Shown piece after piece: positions 38,495-49,269 of a stretch of 64,000 nt of DNA. The notes beneath the pieces were generated by a model. The model searched no databases and was not told the DNA's origin. It saw nothing but the letters and a program-made list of their open reading frames with translations. Numbering within the stretch: the first letter of the stretch is position 1; each line of letters starts with the position of its first letter. The stretch is taken from positions 61,318,001-61,382,000 of the forward strand of contig OX597824.1 in assembly GCA_951406725.2 (NCBI GenBank), in the 5' to 3' direction. Both the position numbers and the translations under genes were made by a program. The DNA is from Octopus vulgaris. Taxonomy: Eukaryota.

Positions 38495-39467
38495 TAGTGT
38501 TGTTGGTAGTGGCTGTTGCTGTGGTGGTCGTTGTAGTTGCAGTAGCGTTATTGTTGGTAGTGAAAGTATTAGCAATAATATTATTGTGACAGGCAGTAAA
38601 AGTAGTCGTACTTGCAGCAGTATTAGTCGTGGCAGTAGCAGTCTCAGTGATGGCTGTGGTAGAGCAGCTAGTAGTAGTGTAAGTAGTGGTTGTTGTAGTA
38701 GTATTGTTACTGTTGGTGTTAGTAGCAGTTGAAATAACATCTGTGATGGTGTTGCCAGTAGTTGCAACATTGTTGCAACATTGTTGCTGTTGTTGTCTTC
38801 TTCCGATCAGGACTCACACCATTAGCCACTCTAAGCTACTAAGAATGCGTGAGCCTACTCTAAGCTACTAAGAATGCGTGTGGCAACTTGAAGAAACACC
38901 CACCACACGCGATAGACTGGCGGTTGCACGGGCGCGAAAGCTACGTGGTTATCCTCATTCCGTAAACGGTGGCTTTTAACGGGTGGAGAGCCAAACCATC
39001 CTGGGGTACAGAGGATTCTCAATCTAGACTAGGTTCTGAAAGTTTACCACACCATAGTGGGCTACACCATGGTTCCTCTGGGAATCGAAACCGCGTTCTT
39101 ACCGCTGCCCTAACCACTGGGCCATTGCGCCTCCACTGCTGTTGTTGTTGGTGTTGGTCGCAGTATTTTTGTTGTTGCTGGTAGTTGTAACAGTGTACTT
39201 GTCATTGTTGTTATTGTGGTGCTGATGTTATTGTTAGCGGTCGTTGTAGTTATATTAGTATTGGCGTTTTGTACTGCAGTAGTGCTGTTGCTGGCGATGG
39301 TTGTGGTAGCGTTTCCATTGTTATTTTTGTAGTGTTTGTAGCGCTGGTTGCTACAAAAGTTTAAATGTTCTTTTGGTTTCTATGATCGTAAGTTTCTATG
39401 ATATTTGTCATTTATCATTAGATTTATTATATCCTAGATATAATTCTTGCTTTTTTCCTTGTATAAT

Positions 39468-39752
39468 ATTTTCTAGAGATGTACTTGCATAGCAAGTGAT
39501 TTGATCTGAGATCGTGTGCTGGAACGAAAACAATTGCAGCGTGGAAGGTGTTTGTAAGCCATTTAAGAAACACACAAAAGCCGTTCGATTCACTTCAACT
39601 GACAACGGATTTTTGTCAGTGAACAGGTCGCGGTCTTATAGCGACGAAAATATTTTGACAAATTAAACTTAAATGTTGAAGTGAATCGAACGGCTTTTGT
39701 GTGTTTCTTAAATGGCTTACAAACACCTTCCACGCTGCAAAATTTTCTAGAG
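39468..39752. mobile_element. Hammerhead-bearing fold-back insertion with identical 66-bp inverted arms and an 11-bp flanking direct repeat
   Basis: Arms 39534-39599 and 39675-39740; ATTTTCTAGAG at 39468-39478 and 39742-39752. Confidence 0.85.
39612..39662 (+). ncRNA. Non-canonical (G3-C8) minimal hammerhead ribozyme candidate
   Basis: TTTGTCA-GTGAACA-G-GTCGC(GGTCTTATA)GCGAC-GAA-AATATT-T-TGACAAA. Confidence 0.68.
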
Positions 39753-39854
39753 CCGGGCGTTGTTGCAACTGATGTTAATGTTGCTGTATAGTTGTTGTTC
39801 TTGTCATCGTTATTATTGTTGTTGTAATTGCTATGAGCTGTAGTTTCTAATGTC

Positions 39855-40069
39855 GTCTGCGGCCATGCTAAGGGACCGCCCTGAAAATTTTTTAGTCAAG
39901 TGAATCGACCCCAGAATTTTTTGTTTAAATGTTATCGCTCGCTTTTGCCGAACAGCGAAGTTACAGGGACGTAAACACAACACCGATTGTCAAGCGCCGG
40001 TGGGGGGGGGGGGGGTGTCCACAAATACAAACACATGTACACATACAAACACACACACTCATACACACA

Positions 40070-40113
<44 letters not shown>

Positions 40114-40817
40114 CAGAGACACACACACACACACGCACATGATAGGCTTTTTCAGTTGCCGTCTACCAAATCCACTCAGAAGGCTGTGGCCTGAGGCTAT
40201 AGTTGATGACACTTGCCCAAGGTGCCACGCAGTGGAACTGAACCTGGTACCAAGTCGTTGGGAAATCCACAATATATTCAGGATACTGCCTTAGATATGA
40301 GACACTCCATAATTTCTGTTAGAGGTTCTTTGTGTTGGTGGCATTATGGTCGTAATGACGATTGTTATTGCTTCACGTTTTTCACCTACACCGTTCTTTC
40401 TTTTATTCTTTTATTTGCTTCAGTATTTTGACTGCGGCCATGCTGGAGCACCGCATTTAGTCAAGCAAATCGACCCGAGGACTTATTTTTTGTAAGCCTA
40501 GTACTCATTCTATCGTTCTTTTTTGCCGAACCGCTAAGTTACGGGAACGTAAACACACAGCCATCGGTTGATAAGAGATGTTAGGGGGACAAATACAGAC
40601 ACACAAACACACACATACACACACATACACACACACACACACACACACAAGTGTATATACGATGGGCTTCTTTCAGTTTCCGCCTACCAAATCCCCTCAC
40701 AAGGCTTTGGTCGGCTCTAGGCTATACTAGAAGACACTTATCCAAGGTGCCACGCAGTGGGACTGAACCCGAAAACATGTGGCTGGAAAGCAAGATACTT
40801 ATCACACAGTCACTCCT
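39855..40817 (-). mobile_element. Two tandem SINE family B copies (about 39855-40265 and 40410-40817)
   Basis: Same head, body, microsatellite and tail as 20130-20535. Confidence 0.85.
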
Positions 40818-41057
40818 TTATTTATTTATTTATTTATTTATTCTTCTATTGTTGTTCTTGTATTTATTTCATTATTTTAAATTAGATTAATTAAAAAGAC
40901 GAAAGAAAACAAAACATCGATACCAGGTATCCAAATATGTTAGTGTTTCTTGCATCATGGTTGCATACATAGGTTGTATGTATGAATGTACATACATATG
41001 TATTTGTCTAATAAAAATTTTTCCTCATATAACGACACTTAAAAATGCGTGTATGTA

Positions 41058-41325
41058 GGGTCATCCCATAAATAATGCCATTTTTTAAATACTTCCTTTA
41101 TTTTTCAAAATAAAGATTTTTTCATCTAAGATATACTCTCCTTCATTTTCTACAATGCTCTTTCATCTATCTGGTAGAATAGCAAGGCCCTCTTCCAAAA
41201 CCATCTTGTCTGTGGCGAAAACTACTCCTCCACTACTGTTTTGACCTCGTCTACAAAATTCATATTTTTTCCTTCCAAACGATTTTGAAGACTGCGGAAT
41301 AAATGATAATCAGCTGAGGCGATAT
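41058..41325 (-). mobile_element. Mariner 3' fragment with TIR
   Basis: TAGGGTCATCCCATAAATAA terminus; the minus frame gives DIASADYHLFRSLQNRL. Confidence 0.8.
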
Positions 41326-41677
41326 CACGAGCAGAAGTAGTGGGGGAGCATCATAGCCGTGTGTTGAAAGGAATTCGTGAAGGTTTTGGATAATTCAACT
41401 TTGGAAACATGGGTGGTTCGTTCAACATCTTTAAACAATCCTTATTCAGGGACCTTCTGGGCGGGATTGGTTACTCGACCAGAAGAAAATTCTAACTGGG
41501 CCCCATCTGCAAGGTCATGTGCTGTTTATCTTGATATGAGATCACCATGTCGCGCACGTATGGTTGTGATGCATATGTCTAGTGTACCCTTATCAGACGG
41601 GTAGTCATGATGTGTATACTGGGCTTCATATATTTTATCCCAGTGTCACTTTGATGGCATGCACTGCTCTCTCACTC

Positions 41678-41720
<43 letters not shown>
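41325..41720 (+). mobile_element. 3' end of a retroelement terminating in an (AAT)n tail
   Basis: GC-richer block that truncates the mariner and ends ...CTCACTC(AAT)n; the clade cannot be determined from sequence. Confidence 0.5.
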
Positions 41721-42511
41721 GTAAGGACCACCTAATCTCTGGATGTAAGGACCACCTAATCTCTGGATGTAAGGACCACCTAATCTCTGGATGTAAAGTC
41801 TTAGCACCAGTGGAGTATAAATTAAGACATGACAGAGTTGGCCAATATCTCCACTGGCTAATAAGTCGGCATTACAATATCAAAACTGCCGACAAGTGGT
41901 ATAATCACCACCCTGAGGCTGTAACTGAAGGAGAAAATGTAACCATTCTGTGGGACTTTCCAGTACATACAGACCGAACCATCAAGGCCAATAAACCAGA
42001 TATTATTGTGAAAGACCAAAACAATAAAGTTTGCTTATTGATCGACATGAGTATCCCCTGTGATCATAATATCTCAGCGAAAGAGTTTGACAAGCTCAGA
42101 AAATATAAAGACCTACTCATTGAAATTGAGAAAATGTGGCATCTCAAGGCGGTTACAATACCAGTGATCGTAGGAGCACTAGGAATGATCAAGAAGGGAA
42201 CCGAAAATTATATGAGAATGATCCCTGGCTTACCATCCCTGCAAGAAGTGCAAAAGATTGTCTTAACTGGTACATCACACGTATTGAGAAGAGCATTGTC
42301 GATGTGAGAACTGTTGCTGCTCATGCATTTTAATTTAACTTTAAAAAAAAAAAAAAAAAGACATGAAGGAACTACTGAGTTTGGTTTAATGGCCTACCAA
42401 TATACACTATGAGTTTCTTTGCCCTAGGAGTCGGGAAGACACTCGGCAAGAAATGGAAGAAAATTTGAAAGAAGAAAAAAAAAAGTAATAATAATAATAA
42501 TAATAATAATA
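41721..42511 (+). mobile_element. Young 5'-truncated R4/Dong-like LINE inserted in (TAA)n
   Basis: Uninterrupted frame to TGA at 42307 with DHLISGC, RHDRVGQYLHW, ILWDF, NKPDIIVKD, LIDMSIP and IPVIVGALG; (TAA)n on both sides. Confidence 0.92.
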
Positions 42512-42899
42512 TGGTATTGAGCAGTATAAGAAAATGCGAACACTTTCCAAAAGATGATAGGGAAATGACGTAATATAAGGAAAGCGAAGTCTGTGGTAAT
42601 GAGTCATCATTACATGATGGTGTAAAAGTAAGGATTAATTTAAATAACCGTTAATTTTTAGGGAAATATATATAACTACGGAGAAAATTAAGGTGTATAA
42701 GAATGTTGAAAGTTAGTATAGAAAGAAACAAAAATATTTGCAAACTTTGGATAGTAAGAGAACATAAGCAGAGGAGATAGGATTTAAGAATGATGAAATA
42801 TAGTTGATTAAAGTGATTGACTAAAGATAGTAACTGGTCAGAAATGCGTTTGAAGTACTTTTGGGTCTTAAAAATTCCGGGTATAGATAGCACAAAGGG

Positions 42900-43300
42900 A
42901 TTCAGAGTGTTTGGTTAGAATTTCTAGACTTTCTGTGGCACAGAGATTACGTAGTTTCATATCCAAGAACAATTTTGTTTTTCCAATTCAGATGGAAGGG
43001 TACATATTTTTCGGTTCCCAAATATGCGTAGCGAGTGAGGTATGGTTAAATCTGCTTCCGTTTCTGAAATTAAGAGTATGTAAATGGTATCTAAGTTTCG
43101 ATTTAAGTTTTCGAGATGTTTGTGAACATTGTATATTGGTAGATAATATACTTAGGCATCGTAAGTCCACCGACTATGTATCAGAATTGTGTTAGTTACA
43201 AAGATTATTAGACTGATTTGTCGGGTGTTTTTGAGTTATAATAGTCTAACGCAAAAGTCGGAGTGGAAAAGGAGACGACTTTTAATAGTACTCACAACTG
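42900..43300 (-). mobile_element. Penelope-like GIY-YIG endonuclease C-terminal remnant
   Basis: KLRYHLHTLNFRNGSRFNHTSLATHIWE...RNLCATESLEIL resembles the PLE R...H..SF...T.L..HIW...C.LC..E...I pattern. Confidence 0.6.
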
Positions 43301-43857
43301 AGAAGAGAAAACATAGATATTTATTTAGACTTGCCAAGGCTTTTCGATAGCACAGAGTTGACTAAAACGTTTATGGCTTAATACTAAACAATTTTTCTAG
43401 TGTGTGCGTGTGTGTATGTGTATGTATGTATGTATATGTGTGAATGTGCGTGTGTGTGTGTATGTGTGTGAGTATGTGTGTGTGCATGTATGTGCGTATG
43501 TGTGTGTGTGTGTGTGTGTGTGAGTAGGGATATGGGCTTTCTGAGAAGTGTCATTTAGTTTGTAAATCTAAATGTGGTTTGATGTCTCACCGCAGACATA
43601 GCTACTAGGCAATGCTAAAACATTTAAAACATAACTTATGTCTCATAGTTTTCCCTTTCGTTTATTTTTAAACATCTTCATCAAAAACTAATTCCGTGTT
43701 TCAGTTCCTCCCACATATGTGCATGCGCATACACACGCATATTTTCGTACATTTGTGTGCGTAGATATGCCTGTACTGTCATACTCTCCGTTCTCTATCG
43801 GCAAAAGCTAATGATACAAATATATTAGAATGTTGTTTTCTATTTGTGGCATATATA

Positions 43858-45137
43858 TCAGGCCATCCCATAAGTTCGGTCCGAATTTTGAATAAAGAAA
43901 AACGAGATCAAATGTTACATTTAATTGAAATTTAATAATCAATGTGCTTTCCCTGATTATCTATGACTTCCTTCTATCTATTTACAAGCTTTTTAATCCC
44001 ATCAATGTAAAATTCCTTTGGTTTCAAAACGAAGAACTCTGAAATGTCAGTTTTGACCTTCTCCTGGCTTGCAACAGCTATCTCCCCCAAATGATTCTAT
44101 AAACTACGAAACAAATGATAGTCTGAAGGAGCAAGGTCGGGAGAATAAGGTGGATGAGGATTTTTTTCTCAACCAAGCTCGTCGATCTTTGATGTGATCT
44201 TTGTAGTGTGGGGTTGCGCATTGTCCTGATGAAACATCACTTCTTTTCGATTCACTAAAACGGGTCTTTTTTTCATCAAAGCTTGGTTCAGACGCTCTAA
44301 TTGCTGATCGTAGACTTAAAGATTGATTGTTGCATTAGGTGGTAACAATTCAAAATGAATTACTCCTTTGCAATCCCACCAGATAGAGAGAAGAACCTTT
44401 TTCCATGAAGTTCCCTTCTCGGTTGTGGCTGAACTTTTCCCTTTTACCAAACTACTGTTTACGACATTTAACATTTCGATAGAAGATCCATTTTTCGTCA
44501 CCAGTCACAAGTCTATCCAAAAAGGGTGAAATAAGTTCGCTAGAATGGAGAGATGAGCAGATTTCAGCCCGGGATTTGCGGTTGCTTTCGGACAATTCAT
44601 GAGGCACCCATTTTCCAAGTTTATGAAGCTTTCCAAATTGTTGAAGATGATGATGAACAGCTGTATGGTTTGAATTAAGCTTTATTGCCAATTCTACAAC
44701 AGATAATGCAGGATTTTCTTGAAGTAATGCCTCAAGGAGCTTATCAAACTCAACTGGATGTCCTGTTCGATCTTCATAGTCAAGGCTGAAATCTCTACTT
44801 CTGAATTTTGCAAAACGCCTTCTGCAAGTTCTTTCATTCAAGCATTCTTTCCCATAAACTGAGTGCATTTTTCGAGTCACTTAGGCTGCAGAATTTCCTT
44901 TTTTGTACTCATAAAACATTATGTGCCTTAAATGCTCTTTGGATATTTCCATGTTAGAAAGGGTTTTAATTAAAGAAATTTTAATTCTATTATTCTGTAA
45001 AATAATATTTAATTAGTTTAAATGAGTACAAATGCATAAAAATAATGTTTAATTCCATTAGACATTCTAAAATACTAATATATTTCCTTCAATTTTTTAA
45101 AAAAGGTAAAATCGGACAGAACTTATGGGATGACCTG

Positions 45138-45138
<1 letters not shown>
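43858..45138 (-). mobile_element. Full-length (1281 bp) mariner with disrupted transposase
   Basis: TA-TCAGGCCATCCCATAAGTTC and GAACTTATGGGATGACCTGA-TA; WVPHEL, VTGDEKW, SIWWD, HQDNAQPH and YSPDLAPSDY, with frameshifts and stops. Confidence 0.95.
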
Positions 45139-45203
<65 letters not shown>

Positions 45204-45234
45204 ATACACACACTCACACACACGTATTCATATT

Positions 45235-45560
45235 ACTTGTTCCAGTCATTAGACTGCGGCCATGCTGGAACACCACCTTGCATTTTTAGTCAAATGCATC
45301 GTCCCCAGGATTCATTTTTTAAGACTGGTAATTATTTTATCCGTCCCTTTTGCCGAACCGCTACATTACAGGAACGTAATCACACCAACACATATTGTCA
45401 AGGGACAAACACAGACACACACACATATATATATATATACATATATGACGAACTTCTTTCTGTTTCCTCTCACAAGGGTTTGGTTGGCTTGAGGCTATAG
45501 TAGAAGACACTTGCCTGGAACCATGTGGCTGGGAAGCAAGCTTCTTACCACACAGCTACT
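45235..45560 (-). mobile_element. SINE family B, degenerate
   Basis: GACTGCGGCCATGCTGGAACACC..TTTGCCGAACCGCT..GAGGCTATAGTAGAAGACACTTGCC..AAGCTTCTTACCACACAGC. Confidence 0.8.
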
Positions 45561-45755
45561 AGTGCGCCTACTCACGCACAAACACACACACACACACACA
45601 TGCACACACACATACACACACGCACACGCACACACATACACTCGTACACACATAAATTTACACACACGCGCACATATACAAAAGTCGATATATATATACA
45701 TACATATAAACGCGCATATATATGCATATATATATGCACATATATATATGTATAG

Positions 45756-45797
<42 letters not shown>

Positions 45798-45825
45798 AAA
45801 AAGGAGATGTGGAACATGAGTTGTG

Positions 45826-46133
45826 ATATATAAAAAAGGAAATGAAGAAGAGTTCCTTTCTGATAGATTTTTTCCTCTTATCTGTGTTATAGAGAGCAAC
45901 TAAATGTTCCTACTAATTTAAAAAAAGATATATTAAGTAATGTAGTACACTATACAATATACATTAATATGCATTATTTGATAAGAGGAAAAATCTATCA
46001 GAAAGGAACTCTATCTCTCTTAAAAAAACATCTTTTGATAAGCATAACAAATGCGCAACCGGTAAAAAGAACTTTCACCTAATTAAATTACTTAAATTAC
46101 TTAAATTATTTTGTCAGCATTTTCTTCATTTCC

Positions 46134-46143
<10 letters not shown>
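45826..46143. repeat. Nested inverted repeats enclosing a copy of 48240-48332
   Basis: Outer IR 45826-45849 / 46122-46143; inner IR 45850-45882 / 45980-46011; insert 45885-45976. Confidence 0.88.
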
Positions 46144-46194
<51 letters not shown>

Positions 46195-46273
46195 CAATTG
46201 CAGCGTGGAGGTGTTTATAAGCTATTTAAGAAACACAAAAAGCCGTTCGATTCACTCCAACATTTAAGTTTAA

Positions 46274-46323
46274 TTTGTCAAAATATTTTCGTCGCTAAAA
46301 TCCGCGACCTGTTCACTGACAAA
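46274..46323 (-). ncRNA. Non-canonical (G3-C8) minimal hammerhead candidate
   Basis: Reverse complement of 47540-47589. Confidence 0.65.
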
Positions 46324-47539
46324 GTCCGTGCTGCATCTAAGAAAGTAACAGTTAGTTCGTCATATATATGTATGTACGTATGTATGTGTGTATGTATGCA
46401 TACATGTGTGTATGTATGTACGTATTCATGTCCGCACATACGCCTGTGTATGCATGTATGTATGTATGTATGTATGTATATATGTATGTGTGTGTATAAG
46501 CACGCACATACACTCTATAAAACATAAAGTTATAAACCTGTAGCGATGGATGGATGTAGAGTGACCACTCATCACAACGCTATCAAATTTCAACTCCCTA
46601 CGGCCGAGGCTAGAAAGTGAATTTATGACGCTTGCTCACAAGAACTATACCCTAAAATCTATTATCAGATTTTTATCTCTATATCACAGAACTAATGTTT
46701 TACTATTGTTCGTATGTATGTATGTATGTGCGTATGTATGTATGCATGTATGTATGTATGTATGTATGTATGTATGTATGTATGTATGTATGTATGTACA
46801 TACGTACGCATGTGCGTATGTATGTATACGCGCCTGTATGCATGTGCCCATGTATGTGTGTGTACATGTACGTGCGTATGTACGTGTGTATGCCCATACT
46901 GTAGGTATGTATGTATGTTTGTATTCATGTGCTACGTATATACGTATGAATACAAACATACATACATACCTACGTATGGGCATACACACGTACATACACA
47001 CGTACATGTACACACACACACACATACATGGGCACATGCATACGGGCGCGTATACATACATACGCACATGCGTACGTATGTACATACATACATACATACA
47101 TACATACATACATACATACATACATACATACATACGCACATACATACATACATACGAACAATAGTAAAACATTAGTTCTGTGATATAGAGATAAAAATCT
47201 GATAATAGATTTTAGGGTATAGTTCTTGTGAGCAAGCGTCATAAATTCACTTTCTAGCCTCGGCCGTAGGGAGTTGAAATTTGATAGCGTTGTGATGAGT
47301 GGTCACTCTACATCCATCCATCGCTACAGGTTTATAACTTTATGTTTTATAGAGTGTATGTGCGTGCTTATACACACACATACATATATACATACATACA
47401 TACATACATGCATACACAGGCGTATGTGCGGACATGAATACGTACATACATACACACATGTATGCATACATACACACATACATACGTACATACATATATA
47501 TGACGAACTAACTGTTACTTTCTTAGATGCAGCACGGAC

Positions 47540-47589
47540 TTTGTCAGTGAACAGGTCGCGGATTTTAGCGACGAAAATATTTTGACAAA
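47540..47589 (+). ncRNA. Non-canonical (G3-C8) minimal hammerhead candidate
   Basis: TTTGTCA-GTGAACA-G-GTCGC(GGATTTTA)GCGAC-GAA-AATATT-T-TGACAAA. Confidence 0.68.
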
Positions 47590-48683
47590 TTAAACTTAAA
47601 TGTTGGAGTGAATCGAACGGCTTTTGTGTGTTTCTTAAATGGCTTATAAACACCTCCCACGCTGCAATTGTTTTCGTTTCAGCACACGATCTCAGATCAA
47701 ATTACTTGCTATGCGAGTACATCTCCGTAATATATATATATATATATATATAAAAGCACATGTACACACATACACTTACACATGCACACATGGACACACA
47801 CAAACTCACATATATTCCCCTCTCACACAGAAGCTAATGTGTATGAAGCTGCTTGAAATAATCGTAAAAAATATGAAACAATAGACAAGTCTGAAATGTT
47901 TCGAATGACAACTGGCTAAGTCTGAATGGTATATCAGATTAAAGGTTCTGTTAAAACAAAATAGTTCCGTAAGTTGTAGAATTAAAGTAACTGCACCTCA
48001 ACTGTTGAAGATGTACTGATGTTGAATTGAGTGAGACGATGGTAACAAGGTTTAGCGCCGTGAGAAACCAACATCATATAGTAGTTGCAGTTTGTTGAAG
48101 TGGCTACGATGAAGCACTGCATGAGTATTGGAGAGTAGAGATGCTGTGTGCCAACAGAAACAAATTTACAGATTTTGTTCCTACACTTTTCCATGCTACG
48201 AGAGACACCTGATTGCAGTAGTTGAAAGAGTAGATGAAATGTTATAGAGAGCAACTAAATGTTCCTACTAATTAAAAAAAAAGATATATTAAGTAATGTA
48301 GTACACTATACAATATACATTAATATGCATTAAATTGGCTTGGCCTTGACTAGAACTTCCGAGATCACATGTATGTTCAATCGGAACTGATCTAGAACAA
48401 AATAACCCCAAAGGCTGTAAAATTGGTATTGGTAATCGAAGAAGGGTTTAGATAGAACGATAAAATTATATTTTGTATTTTGCCTTTAGATATTTGTTTC
48501 GTCTCGGTTTGAACATAGAATATATTTCATTCATCTAAATTCAAAATAGATGGAGATATATGAATTAGTCATCTTTCTTAGTGCCAATGAATAATTAACA
48601 ATTTATCAGCTGCAGATGGCAACGTTGTTTAATAAAAACTCACAATACAGTACATTCTTAGATCGGTGATGGTACTGTTGATG

Positions 48684-48741
<58 letters not shown>

Positions 48742-49269
48742 GTATGTCAAAAAGACCATCCAGCTGACTGGTAAACTCAATCATCAATTCATTACAATCT
48801 CTGTCAACAGACATGCTGAGTCTCATGTTAATTATTGTGTTGCCATTACAACAGCTTCTGCTCCTCTGACTAAAAATTTGTATATAACTTTAACTCCGGG
48901 CCTACCTGACAGTAAATGTGGCAATATAAGGAGAGACATCTTACAATTATTACATTTACTATCACTTGTTATCGAGGCCCTGCATTAACCATTTCCCCCT
49001 ATTTTTCCTCCAAGGATTGCTATCCCCTGGAATACAAGCGCATTTTCTTCAGACTTTGTCTTATAGATGTTGAACTTGAAAATAAACCGCATCAATTGCA
49101 TTAGTATCCTACGGTTTCCTTCCGTTTATCATGGGCACAGTTTTTGCCTCAAGATTAAACCGTAAATAAAACAAAAGGAATAAAATATGAATAACCGATG
49201 GGATCTAATGTAGTGAAATCCTTACACCCCTGTTGGATAGCAAGTCAACTGCCCTAAACCGCATAAAGG

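Larger units (their letters stand above)
46193..47672. repeat. ~1.5 kb palindrome (about 740-bp arms) with the G3-C8 hammerhead element at both outer ends
   Basis: The arms are reverse complements with few differences; the centre is TACGTATATACGTA at 46933-46946; the element continues unpaired to 47727. Confidence 0.92.

Noticed and set aside
41721-41792. 24-bp repeats (and the ~96-bp repeats at 25477-25710) as a CRISPR array
   Set aside because: Head-to-tail tandem repeats with no spacers, no cas genes and a eukaryotic context.
41582-42307. 241-aa ORF as a host gene
   Set aside because: It is a chimeric frame: retroelement 3' end, (AAT)n and the endonuclease domain of a truncated Dong/R4 element.
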